DNA of 64,000 bases from NCBI GenBank assembly GCA_041483895.1, contig JBGPGO010000015.1:6526-70525 (forward strand), in the 5' to 3' direction. The stretch is from Fimbriimonadia bacterium (GTDB taxonomy: Bacteria > Armatimonadota > Fimbriimonadia > Fimbriimonadales > JABRVX01). Every line of letters starts with the position of its first letter. The first letter of the stretch is position 1. The notes beneath the pieces are model-generated. The model was not told the origin of the DNA and made no database searches. It saw only the letters and a program-made list of their open reading frames with translations. The position numbers and the translations under genes are program-made. Shown one piece after another: positions 1 to 8,815 of the stretch.

Positions 1-1
1 G

Positions 2-211
2 GGCACCAATCTCCGCATCGGCGCAACGATGGCGCGGATCATCCAAGATTGCGCGCCGTGCCTGCACATGGCGGAAACAGTTGGAACATCCGACCCCTCC
101 GCGTGGGTCAAAGAGCTAATGGGCAGGCGCGGCATGTTCGTCACGATAACCACACCTGGGAGGATCTCCGTTGGAGACGATGTCGAAGTCATTGGAACCG
201 ATAGCGGCTGA
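2..211 (+). CDS. MOSC domain protein, C-terminal fragment (5' end outside window)
   Basis: Frame-2 reading frame is open from the window edge. The peptide ..LRIGATMARIIQDCAPCLHM..GMFVTITTPGRISVGDDVEV resembles the C-terminal part of MOSC domains, including the conserved Cys. Stop at 209-211. Confidence 0.55.
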   Translation, partial: GTNLRIGATMARIIQDCAPCLHMAETVGTSDPSAWVKELMGRRGMFVTITTPGRISVGDDVEVIGTDSG

Positions 212-539
212 TCCGCCCGCCAAGCCAGCCGCGAAGCCGGTCCGGGAACCCAAAGCCTCGGATGTCGGCACTTCCCTGCTTGGGTTGCTCTGCTTCTTTA
301 GCGGCGTCGGCCTCCTACTTTGGGTCTTCCTTGCCGGATACACCATGTACAACTCAACGCCGGAAGAACTGATCCGGGCGGGCGCCAGCGCCCTCGACGT
401 AACGGCCCTGATCCAGTCCGCCGGGTTTGCGATCATTCGGATTCTGCTTCTGTTCCTCATGGCCCTCGCCGGGTCGCTGCTGGCGGGGAAAGGGGTGCAG
501 CTTTACCACACGGCGCGGCACAAACCCGATCAACCCTGA
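180..539 (+). CDS. hypothetical small membrane protein
   Basis: ATG at 180 (the track starts at TTG 171). Two long hydrophobic segments (LLGLLCFFSGVGLLLWVFLAGY; FAIIRILLLFLMALAGSLLAG). No family recognised. Overlaps the MOSC ORF end. Confidence 0.4.
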   Translation: MSKSLEPIAADPPAKPAAKPVREPKASDVGTSLLGLLCFFSGVGLLLWVFLAGYTMYNSTPEELIRAGASALDVTALIQSAGFAIIRILLLFLMALAGSLLAGKGVQLYHTARHKPDQP

Positions 540-622
540 TTGGAGGGCGATGCTCCGTCATCGCCGTGCAGTTTCGGCTCCGATGGAACGGAGCCCTCCA
601 GCGCCTCCGGTACAATGAACGC

Positions 623-1804
623 ATGAGAGACGTTGTGATTTTGTCCGGCGCGCGGACGCCGATTGGGAGTTTTCTGGGCAGCTTGAGCACCGTCCCCGCT
701 CCGAAACTGGGCGCGACGGCGATCCGGGCCGCGTTGGGACGCGCGGGCGTAAAGCCGGAGCAGGTGGACGAGGTGTTCATGGGCTGCGTTCTGACCGCAG
801 GGATCGGCCAAGCTCCCGCCCGGCAGGCCTCGATCGGGGCGGGCATCCCGAACAGCGCTCCTTGCACCACGGTCAACAAAGTCTGCGGATCGGGCATGAA
901 AACCATCATACAAGGCGCGCAGGCGATTAAGTGCGGCGACGCGGACATCGTTGTCGCGGGCGGAATGGAGAGCATGTCGCTGACCCCGTACGCCCTTGAC
1001 AAGGCCCGAAACGGATATCGGATGGGCAACGCGACGATGATCGATCTGATGGTGCACGACGGACTTTGGGATCCGTACAACGATTTTCACATGGGCGCCG
1101 CCGCCGATCTGTGTGCGCGGGAATGCAACGTACCGCGCGAGGCGCAGGACGAATTTTCCATCGAGAGTTTCCGCCGCGCGCAATCGGCCATCGCCGAGGG
1201 CCGCTTTAAGGATGAGATCGCTTCCGTTGAGATTCCGCAGAAGAAGGGCGAGCCGGTGATTGTGGACACGGACGAGGGACCCGGAAAAGCGCAATTCGAC
1301 AAGATACCGACGTTGCGCCCGGCCTTCGATGCGAGCGGCTCCGTGACTGCCGGCAACGCGAGCTCCATCAACGACGGGGCGGCGGCGGTCGTGCTCGCCG
1401 GAGCGGACACGGCGGAGAAGTTGGGATTGCGGCCGGTGGCGCGCATCGCCGGGTATGGCGGGCACGCGCAGGCCCCCGAGTGGTTCACCACTGCACCAAT
1501 CGGCGCCATCGAAAATGCGCTCTCCCGCGCGGGCATGACCCTTTCTCAAATGGATCTGTTTGAAGTGAACGAGGCCTTCGCCGTGGTCGCTTTGGCCGTC
1601 GCCGGAAAACTGGGTATCGATCGCACGAAGCTGAACGTGAATGGTGGCGCGGTCGCTTTGGGACATCCGATTGGAGCGACCGGCACGCGATTGGTCGTAA
1701 CGCTGATGAACGCGCTAAAGCAGCGAAACGGAAAGTACGGAATCGCGACCCCATGCATCGGCGGAGGCGAGGCGCTTGCGGTGATCGTGGAGAATCTGTC
1801 GTAG
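623..1804 (+). CDS. acetyl-CoA C-acetyltransferase (thiolase II)
   Basis: Start moved from the track's 320 to ATG 623, because MRDVVILSGARTPIGSF is the canonical thiolase N-terminus. Active-site Cys context NKVCGSGMK; C-terminal GHPIGATG and CIGGGEA motifs. 393 aa. Confidence 0.93.
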   Translation: MRDVVILSGARTPIGSFLGSLSTVPAPKLGATAIRAALGRAGVKPEQVDEVFMGCVLTAGIGQAPARQASIGAGIPNSAPCTTVNKVCGSGMKTIIQGAQAIKCGDADIVVAGGMESMSLTPYALDKARNGYRMGNATMIDLMVHDGLWDPYNDFHMGAAADLCARECNVPREAQDEFSIESFRRAQSAIAEGRFKDEIASVEIPQKKGEPVIVDTDEGPGKAQFDKIPTLRPAFDASGSVTAGNASSINDGAAAVVLAGADTAEKLGLRPVARIAGYGGHAQAPEWFTTAPIGAIENALSRAGMTLSQMDLFEVNEAFAVVALAVAGKLGIDRTKLNVNGGAVALGHPIGATGTRLVVTLMNALKQRNGKYGIATPCIGGGEALAVIVENLS

Positions 1805-1813
1805 CCTTCTCGG

Positions 1814-3313
1814 ATGAACTCGGACAGCTTTTTGCAAGACATTGGGAACTATCCTTCGGCGCCTATGGGCGACGACGGAACGCCGTGCGATGTTCCGAAT
1901 GACTGCCCCTTGCCCGAAGTGTGCATCGCCAAACGAGGACCAGATGGCGCCATATGGGTCGGCGGCCTTCATGGTGTTGCGAGGTGCGGAAGTGGTGAGT
2001 GGCGTTGCTTCTGGGGACGCAGATGGCTGCCGGAAAATAATGTCACCGACATCCGACTTTTCAATCGCGATGCATTCCTACTAACCTCCGCTGGATGGTC
2101 GCGAATCGAACGGCGTGAAATGTCGCTCGCGGAGAAGGCGGCGCACTATCAGTCGCTGACGGAGGAACGGCACACGCGACGGGGATATGTGACGCGATGC
2201 ATCGTGCGGCCTGGCGAAGACCCGCCGTTTACGCACCGGTCGGTCGACAACGACGGTCTGTGGACAGCCATTTACTGCGTCGCGCAATGCTTTCGATTTG
2301 TTGTCACAGGTGACCCGGAGGCAAAGCGGCTTGCCGATGCCAGCCTTTGCGCCCTGCTCGAGTTGGAACGTGTGACCGGCATCCCCGGCTTCCCGGCGCG
2401 CAGCGTTGTGTTGCGCGATGAAACCGATGTCGTGCGAACGGAAGGCGAATGGCATCCTTCACCGGTCGAAACGGGAGCATCATGGAAAGGTGATACGTCT
2501 TCGGACGAGCTGAGCGGTCACTTTTTCGCATATCATATCTACCATCGGCTGATATCATCACATCCGGGGATGTCGGCGGCGGCACAGCGCATACTCGATC
2601 ACTTAATCAAGAATGATCTGCAACTGATCGACGCGGACGGTTTGCCGACGCGATGGGGCGATTTCAGCCCGGCGAGCCTTAATCATGATCCCGCGTGGCG
2701 ACAAGAAAAGGGTCTAAACTCCCTGTGCATACTATCATTTCTTCTTGTGGGCTATCAGTTATCCGGGCGAGAAGACTATCTTGCACTGTATCACTCGCTG
2801 ATTGATGAACACGGGTACGCGAGCAATTCTGTATGGCAAAAGATGCTGCCGCCGTATGAGGTGAATCACTCCGACGATCAGCTTGCGTTTCTTGCCTTCT
2901 ATTGTCTCTTGCACGGCCAGGACAATCCGCATCCCCAATTCGAGGCTGGATTGAGGAAAAGTTTTGAAGTCGAATTTGTTGAACGCTGTCCACTTTTCAA
3001 TCTTATTGCACTGACAGCGTTTCCGAATGAACAGGCGCTGCGTGATGCACGAAAAACATTGGAAGAATGGCCTTGGGATTTGCGCGATTGGTCGGTGCGC
3101 AACAGTCATCGCACAGATATCATCTATGACAAATCTCCCGACCGTTTTGGCAGACGTCAACTGGTATTGGTATTGTCGCCGATGGAGCGTCCCGTATATC
3201 GGTGGAACAGCAATCCATTTATCGCCGACGGCGGCGGAGACGGTTCGCTGGAAGAAGACGGTAGCGCGTGGCTGATAGCGTACTGGCTAGGCCGATACCA
3301 TGGTTTGCTTTAG
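1814..3313 (+). CDS. hypothetical protein (possible alpha/alpha-toroid hydrolase-like fold)
   Basis: 499-codon ORF with GC3-rich codons directly after the thiolase gene. Segments such as DNDGLWTAIYCVAQCF and LAFLAFYCLLHG look enzyme-like, but I cannot name a family. Confidence 0.6.
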   Translation: MNSDSFLQDIGNYPSAPMGDDGTPCDVPNDCPLPEVCIAKRGPDGAIWVGGLHGVARCGSGEWRCFWGRRWLPENNVTDIRLFNRDAFLLTSAGWSRIERREMSLAEKAAHYQSLTEERHTRRGYVTRCIVRPGEDPPFTHRSVDNDGLWTAIYCVAQCFRFVVTGDPEAKRLADASLCALLELERVTGIPGFPARSVVLRDETDVVRTEGEWHPSPVETGASWKGDTSSDELSGHFFAYHIYHRLISSHPGMSAAAQRILDHLIKNDLQLIDADGLPTRWGDFSPASLNHDPAWRQEKGLNSLCILSFLLVGYQLSGREDYLALYHSLIDEHGYASNSVWQKMLPPYEVNHSDDQLAFLAFYCLLHGQDNPHPQFEAGLRKSFEVEFVERCPLFNLIALTAFPNEQALRDARKTLEEWPWDLRDWSVRNSHRTDIIYDKSPDRFGRRQLVLVLSPMERPVYRWNSNPFIADGGGDGSLEEDGSAWLIAYWLGRYHGLL

Positions 3314-5202
3314 ACCTCTACACCCAAAATGCCGGCGTATTCCGCGGCCGCCTCCCAATCCGCCAACGCCCGCGCCACCCGTGCCTGCATCTCTTCGTGC
3401 CTTTGCGATAGTTCAATCACGTTATCTTGCGGCCCCGGCGACCAGAGACGGTCTTCCAGCTGCTTCATCGCCAACTCGGCATCGTGCACGGAAACGGTCG
3501 CATTCTCCAAAGCCTGCTTCGCCTTGATCCTCTCCTTCGATAGTTGGTGCGCGCTCAATTCCGCCGCCTTGGGTTGCACGGATGGAATGATTTTCGCGGG
3601 AACAGGAGCCTTTCGCACGCGATACTCATCGTAATTGCCCGAAAAATCTTTGATCGTCGAGTCTGATATCTCCACGGTTCGCGTTGTCACCACGGAGAGC
3701 AGAAACCGATCGTGCGACACGACGATGATGGTCCCGCAATACTCCTTGAGGCATCGTACCAGCGCCTCGCGCGATGCAATATCGAGGTGGTTCGTCGGCT
3801 CGTCGAGCACCAAGAGATTGGGATTGATGAGGAAAAGCTGCGCGAGAACGAGCTTGTTCTTCTCCCCGCCGGACAGCTTTCCAACAGGCTTGAAAACATC
3901 GTCCCCGGAGAAGAGAAATTTCCCTAAATGGTGGCGCGCCTCGGATGACGAAAGGCTGAAATTCTCGATAATATGATCGATGACGGTGGCGTCCGGGTCC
4001 AGATCGACATTGTCCTGCGCAAAATAGCCTGCCGTAACATTCGATCCTAACGACGCCTTGCCGGAGTTTGGCTCTTCCCTGCCCATCAAAATGCGAATCA
4101 GCGTTGATTTGCCGGAGCCGTTCCCGCCGATAATTCCCACGCGATCCCCAAGCCGGACGACGAGATCAACATTGGGAAACAGCTCACGCTCGCCATATCG
4201 CATTCCAACGCCTTCCCAAACCGCAACAACATCCCCGCTGCGCGCTACCTTCCCCATCTTCAGCCGCATCTTCTCCTGGCCTGGCGGGGGCTTCAACCCC
4301 TCCTTGACCAGCCGATTCATCATCTTCAGCCGTCCCCTCGCTTGGGCAGTCCGTTGGCTGCCCATGTGAATCCGCACGTACTCATCCAGCTTTTGGATCT
4401 CTGCCTGCCGCTGCTCGAACTCCTTTGCCTGCCGTTCTCGCCGCTCCTCCTTGAGTTGGGCAAATTTGGAATAGTTGCCGGCGTACAGGACAAGTGATTT
4501 CTCTTCAATTTCCGCGATATGGGTCGTCACTCGGTCGAGGAAGACTCTATCGTGCGAAACGACGACAATGGAGCCGCCGAATCCGGTCAAGAACTCTTCC
4601 AGCCACTCGATTGCCGCCAGGTCAAGGTGGTTGGTTGGCTCGTCCAAAAAGAGGAGGTCCGGACTGAGCAAGAGCATCTTCGCGAGTGCCAGTCTGGTCT
4701 TCTCGCCCCCGGACAGAATTGATCCAGTTTTGTCTAAGTCTTCATGTCTAAACCCTAACTTAACCAGCACCAGCGGCACGTCGCGAAGACTCTGGAATCC
4801 GCCCATATCATCAAACCGTTCATGCAGATCGCTGTATTCATCCAGCAGCTCCGCAGCTTGATGGCCACCGGAGTTGGACATCAAATCCTCGAGTTCGCGG
4901 AGCCTGGACTCCATTTTCAGTACCGGTTCGAAGGCGTGCTCGGCCTCTTGCATCACGGTTTTATCAGGGTCAACCGCATCTTCTTGCCGAAGATATCCGG
5001 TCCGAAGTCCCCGTGCGGTCGTTATCGATCCGCGTGTCGGCTCCAATTGCCCGGTCAGGACGCGCAAGATGCTGGTTTTCCCGCAACCATTGGGTCCAAT
5101 CAGTCCAATCCGTTGCCGTTTCTCAACTCGGAAATCGACATCGGCAAGGATTTCGTCGGGCCCATACCCGATGGAGATGCCGCCGGCGGCGAGGAGGCTC
5201 AT
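3310..5202 (-). CDS. ABC-F family ATPase (translation-factor type, no TM domain)
   Basis: Two ABC cassettes: Walker A GPNGCGKTS and GGNGSGKST; signatures LSGGEKTRLALA and LSGGEKNKLVLA. Charged inter-domain linker and a coiled C-terminal extension. 630 aa. Confidence 0.9.
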   Translation of the reverse strand: MSLLAAGGISIGYGPDEILADVDFRVEKRQRIGLIGPNGCGKTSILRVLTGQLEPTRGSITTARGLRTGYLRQEDAVDPDKTVMQEAEHAFEPVLKMESRLRELEDLMSNSGGHQAAELLDEYSDLHERFDDMGGFQSLRDVPLVLVKLGFRHEDLDKTGSILSGGEKTRLALAKMLLLSPDLLFLDEPTNHLDLAAIEWLEEFLTGFGGSIVVVSHDRVFLDRVTTHIAEIEEKSLVLYAGNYSKFAQLKEERRERQAKEFEQRQAEIQKLDEYVRIHMGSQRTAQARGRLKMMNRLVKEGLKPPPGQEKMRLKMGKVARSGDVVAVWEGVGMRYGERELFPNVDLVVRLGDRVGIIGGNGSGKSTLIRILMGREEPNSGKASLGSNVTAGYFAQDNVDLDPDATVIDHIIENFSLSSSEARHHLGKFLFSGDDVFKPVGKLSGGEKNKLVLAQLFLINPNLLVLDEPTNHLDIASREALVRCLKEYCGTIIVVSHDRFLLSVVTTRTVEISDSTIKDFSGNYDEYRVRKAPVPAKIIPSVQPKAAELSAHQLSKERIKAKQALENATVSVHDAELAMKQLEDRLWSPGPQDNVIELSQRHEEMQARVARALADWEAAAEYAGILGVEV

Positions 5203-5214
5203 TGCGTGGACAAG

Positions 5215-5904
5215 CTAGATCTGCCAACCATCTCGAACCAGCCTCGTGATCTCATTCGAGACGACCTCAAGAAACTCGTTCATCACAGATGCCGGTTGGG
5301 AATAATCGCCGCCGAACGAGCCGTCCCCCAGCTCGCCCCGATAGTGGCTGCTCGGAACGTATCGTGGGATATCAACAAACGGCTTCGTTCCATCCGGCTG
5401 CTCGATGTTCGTGAACGAGAAGTTCTCGCTCCAGTTGGCATGGGATTGCTTCGCCCCAATGCGATCGGCAAATTCGACCGCCACAGGCATCCGCCACCAG
5501 TCGACAGCCTGCAGATACAGATCGTGATGCCGCTCCGCCAATTCCTGGAGGCACTGGAGACCCGGAGTATTTCCCCCATGCCCGTTTAGTACAAGTATTC
5601 GCTTGAATCCTTGATCATAAAGGTTGCCAATCACCTCGCGCAACACGTCACACAGCGTCTCGAGGGAGATGCTGATCGTGCCAGGGTACGACGCAAACAC
5701 GTGCGAAACGCCGAAATTCAGCGGCGGCGCGATGAGGATGCTCTCGGCCCTTGCGGCACGTTCCGCAATCGCGAGCGGGACCTTGATATCCGTCATCAGG
5801 CTGAGGCCGCAGTGCTGCTCGCACGCGCCGATCGGCAGGATGAGCCGGTCATCCCGCTCCAAATAGCGTTCGATCTGCTGCCACGTCATGTCCGCAAAGT
5901 GCAT
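5215..5904 (-). CDS. creatininase-family amidohydrolase
   Basis: MTWQQIERYL..LILPIGACEQH..ILVLNGHGGN pattern typical of the creatininase family. 229 aa. Confidence 0.8.
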   Translation of the reverse strand: MHFADMTWQQIERYLERDDRLILPIGACEQHCGLSLMTDIKVPLAIAERAARAESILIAPPLNFGVSHVFASYPGTISISLETLCDVLREVIGNLYDQGFKRILVLNGHGGNTPGLQCLQELAERHHDLYLQAVDWWRMPVAVEFADRIGAKQSHANWSENFSFTNIEQPDGTKPFVDIPRYVPSSHYRGELGDGSFGGDYSQPASVMNEFLEVVSNEITRLVRDGWQI

Positions 5905-5936
5905 GAATTCCTCCGATTGCCGCCTGGAAGGCTGCG

Positions 5937-6440
5937 TTACGAAGCGATTGTTCGGATGGCTTGAAGAGCCGCGTCGTAGTTCGGTTCTTTCCCGACTTCG
6001 GGAACATACTCGACGTACTTAATCTCGCCCGCAGGATCCACCACGAAAACCGCGCGACTTTCCCATCGCATGTCCGGCATCAAAGTCCCATACGCCTTGC
6101 CGAAAGCCACGTCGAAATGGTCCGAAGCAGCCTGCATCGTCACATTATTGTCACCACAAAATCGAGCCTGCGCAACAGGCAGATCGACGCTGACCGTGAG
6201 AAACTTGACGTTGTCCGGCATTCGGGACATCTCATCGTTGAAGCGTTTGGTCTGCAATGCGCAGACCGAAGTGTCGAGCGAAGGAACGACGCTGAGAACC
6301 AGCACCTTCCCGGCGAAATCGCTCAATTTGACCTCGCCGCCTTTGGAGCGAAGGTTGAATCCCGGCGCCCGCTCCCCCACTTTCATCTCCGGACCGGACA
6401 ATTCGTGTTCTTTGCCGCCCATAATCGTTGTTCGAGCCAT
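5937..6440 (-). CDS. tpx: thiol peroxidase (atypical 2-Cys peroxiredoxin)
   Basis: SVVPSLDTSVCALQTKRFN peroxidatic-Cys motif. The 167-aa length and N-terminal pattern are typical of Tpx. Confidence 0.9.
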   Translation of the reverse strand: MARTTIMGGKEHELSGPEMKVGERAPGFNLRSKGGEVKLSDFAGKVLVLSVVPSLDTSVCALQTKRFNDEMSRMPDNVKFLTVSVDLPVAQARFCGDNNVTMQAASDHFDVAFGKAYGTLMPDMRWESRAVFVVDPAGEIKYVEYVPEVGKEPNYDAALQAIRTIAS

Positions 6441-6578
6441 TTTTGTCTCCTTTGACCGTCAATAGCCAAATCTTACCCGGCTAAGGGAGGCATAAGTGGA
6501 GGCAGACGCTCGCAAACCGGGACCAGGATATCCCTTGATCCCTCGGCAGGCCCGACGCAGACTGCTGGATAGCGGAAC

Positions 6579-7292
6579 CTACAGCTTTTTTATGCGGATA
6601 TTCCGGTACGTCACGAGATTGCCGTGATCTTGCAGGACGATATGGCCCTTCGTCATCTTGCCGTAATCGGGAGAGTCCTTGAACTTACTTGCGGCGACCT
6701 TGGCCTTCCAGTCGTCGCCTCCCAGTTCATATTCGACAATCTTCACGCCATTCAGCCAGTGCTCCACATGGTTACCCTTGCAAATAATCCGAACTTCGTT
6801 GAACTGATTCGCCGCCTTCACAACCTTCTTGGACGGCGCGTAAACGGCATAGGCGGACCCGGCGGACGTGAACGGGCTGTGTCCGTCGGGATGGCCGGCG
6901 TCGTCAAGAACCTGCATCTCCGGTCCTGTCTGCCACGGGGCATCATACTTTTCGGAAACGCGATACATAATGCCGCTGTTTCCGGCCGGCTCAATCTTCC
7001 ATTCCAGCCGAAGTTCGAAGTCGCCATATTCGTCGACCGTCATGATGTCTCCGCCTTCGCTGCCGGGGGTGTAGACCAGGTCGCCGTTCTTGACGCTCCA
7101 GCCCGTCGGCGCGTGGTCCATCTTGAATCCCCGCCATCCGGTGGTGGTCTTGCCGTCCAAGATCATCTTCCAACCCTCGGCGATTTCGGCCCTCGATAGC
7201 TGAAAGTGGTTCGCTTGAGGCTCTGGCTGCCCTGCGGGCGCCTGGCACCCCAGCAAGACAAAGGGTATGAGTAAGGTTAGAATTCCTGTCAT
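6579..7292 (-). CDS. DUF1080 (3-keto-disaccharide hydrolase-like) lipoprotein
   Basis: Lipoprotein-type signal LLIPFVLLGC. NSGIMYR and the C-terminal GHIVLQDHGNLVTYRNIRIKKL match the DUF1080 pattern. Confidence 0.8.
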   Translation of the reverse strand: MTGILTLLIPFVLLGCQAPAGQPEPQANHFQLSRAEIAEGWKMILDGKTTTGWRGFKMDHAPTGWSVKNGDLVYTPGSEGGDIMTVDEYGDFELRLEWKIEPAGNSGIMYRVSEKYDAPWQTGPEMQVLDDAGHPDGHSPFTSAGSAYAVYAPSKKVVKAANQFNEVRIICKGNHVEHWLNGVKIVEYELGGDDWKAKVAASKFKDSPDYGKMTKGHIVLQDHGNLVTYRNIRIKKL

Positions 7293-7379
7293 GGCTCTGA
7301 CTTCACCGTTTCCTCAAAAATTCCTTCACCCGTTTTAGACGGGATGGGCCACCGTCACGTTACTATTGTGCCTGGCGGG

Positions 7380-7385
7380 TATAAT
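7380..7385 (+). promoter_or_regulatory. candidate -10 box (TATAAT) for tRNA-Ala
   Basis: Perfect TATAAT 12 nt upstream of the tRNA 5' end. No convincing -35 box. Confidence 0.35.
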
Positions 7386-7397
7386 TTCGACCGTCGT

Positions 7398-7473
7398 GGG
7401 GGTGTAGCTCAGCTGGGAGAGCGCTGCAATCGCACTGCAGAGGTCGTGGGTTCGAATCCCATCATCTCCACCA
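7398..7473 (+). tRNA. tRNA-Ala (anticodon CGC)
   Basis: 76-nt cloverleaf. Acceptor GGGGGTG/CATCTCC with the G3:U70 Ala identity pair; D-arm GCTC-AGCTGGGA-GAGC; anticodon loop ATCGCAC; T-arm GTGGG-TTCGAAT-CCCAT; encoded CCA. Confidence 0.9.
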
Positions 7474-7491
7474 AACCAGTTTTGCGTTCAC

Positions 7492-7516
7492 AACCCGGGA
7501 AAAAAGCTTCGGGTTT
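7492..7516 (+). terminator. weak hairpin after tRNA-Ala
   Basis: AACCCG-N12-CGGGTT followed by TTTCG. Short stem and large loop. Confidence 0.3.
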
Positions 7517-7549
7517 CGAACTCTAGGCCTCTCTCCGATGTCAATGGGA

Positions 7550-8815
7550 TCACTGACCGAGCCAGGCGCGCACCAATCTGCTTTCCGCCGACCGAGAATA
7601 TGCCTCCGCCTCCGCGAGTCCAACCTGGGCCAGGGTCAATTGAGCTCTCGTGTCAAGAACCTCCGCAAGAATTGCCTTGCCCTCTTCATATCGGATCATC
7701 GCGATCCGATGCGCCTCAGCACTCGCCACGAATTCCGCCTGCGAGGCCTTCATGACCGATGGAACCGATTGCCAAACGCTCCATGCGGCGGATACCTCAG
7801 CTTCGATCTTCAGCCGCAGTTCCGCAAGTTCGGCCTCGGATCGCTTTGCCATCGCCGCACTCTGCGCGATCGCGGCCTTTCGCTCACCACCATCCACAAG
7901 CGGGAAGCTGAGGACGAGCCCGATTTTGGCAGAATCGTCGAAGGGCGCGCCGCTCGGACGCATCGATTCACCCATGGCCACCAGGCTGATTTCGGGCCGC
8001 GAACTCGCCCGCACCGCGTCGATACCATACAGACTTGATTGTCGTTCGTGCGCAAGTCCCTTTAGCTCCGGGCGGTTCTGAATCGCTTGGGACACAGCCA
8101 CATCGAGTGAGCCGGGAAGTGATATTTTTTCATCCCAGGCGCCGACAACGATTGGCACGGTCGCGGATTCGCCGACGGCCTCGTGGAGCATGGCGAGTGA
8201 GCTATCTCTGTCGGCGCTCGCCATGGCCAGCTCCTTCTCCATTCGGGCCACCTCTGCCTCAGCGCGGAGCAAAAACGCCTCGGGAAAACTGCCTGCCTCA
8301 ACCTTCGCGCGCGTCACTCGTGACAGCTCCTTTGCCGATGCAAGTGCGTCTTCTCGCGCCTTTACAACGTCCTGCTTTAGCAGCGCATCGGAAAACCCCA
8401 GGCGCACCCGCAATTCGACGTCCGCCCGTCCTGCGTCGAGGGAGAGGCGCGTCGCCGCAATGATTTCGTCATGCGACCGGCTGAGAAATCTATCTTTGCC
8501 AAAAGTGAACAGCCGCCACATCAACATGGCGTTCGCGACAGCGACATTGGAATTGGGGAGCATCGCGTAACTGGTCGGCATGCCGGTCGAGGAAAATATC
8601 ATGTTGCCGTTCCCCGTAACGCCGAAGCCGTTGAGCGACACCTGCGGATGGTAGGCTGACAATTCCATATTCTTTCTTGCTTGCGCCGCATCGATATCCG
8701 TTCGAAGCGCCGCCAATGCAGGGTGACGCTCACGAGCTTCTTGGAGCGCTTGCTGGAGCGAAAGCGGTTTGCCCTGCGCAAGAACGGCGATCGCAAAGAT
8801 GGCGCCTAGTATCAT
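7550..8815 (-). CDS. TolC-family outer membrane efflux protein
   Basis: 421 aa, signal-like MILGAIFAIAVLAQG, two-fold repeated coiled-coil/barrel pattern. Start overlaps the RND stop (ATGA). Confidence 0.85.
   Translation of the reverse strand: MILGAIFAIAVLAQGKPLSLQQALQEARERHPALAALRTDIDAAQARKNMELSAYHPQVSLNGFGVTGNGNMIFSSTGMPTSYAMLPNSNVAVANAMLMWRLFTFGKDRFLSRSHDEIIAATRLSLDAGRADVELRVRLGFSDALLKQDVVKAREDALASAKELSRVTRAKVEAGSFPEAFLLRAEAEVARMEKELAMASADRDSSLAMLHEAVGESATVPIVVGAWDEKISLPGSLDVAVSQAIQNRPELKGLAHERQSSLYGIDAVRASSRPEISLVAMGESMRPSGAPFDDSAKIGLVLSFPLVDGGERKAAIAQSAAMAKRSEAELAELRLKIEAEVSAAWSVWQSVPSVMKASQAEFVASAEAHRIAMIRYEEGKAILAEVLDTRAQLTLAQVGLAEAEAYSRSAESRLVRAWLGQ

Noticed and set aside
320-622. 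N-terminal 101-codon extension of the thiolase ORF in the track (start at 320)
   Set aside because: The extension is Arg/Pro/Gly-rich nonsense that overlaps the small membrane-protein ORF. The canonical thiolase N-terminus MRDVVILSGARTPIG begins at ATG 623.
530-1666. 378-aa minus-strand ORF
   Set aside because: Antisense to the thiolase gene, with no recognisable motifs.
7344-7526. 60-aa ORF over tRNA-Ala, and 17485-17811 over tRNA-Gln
   Set aside because: They are translations of tRNA genes and their flanks, not coding sequence.
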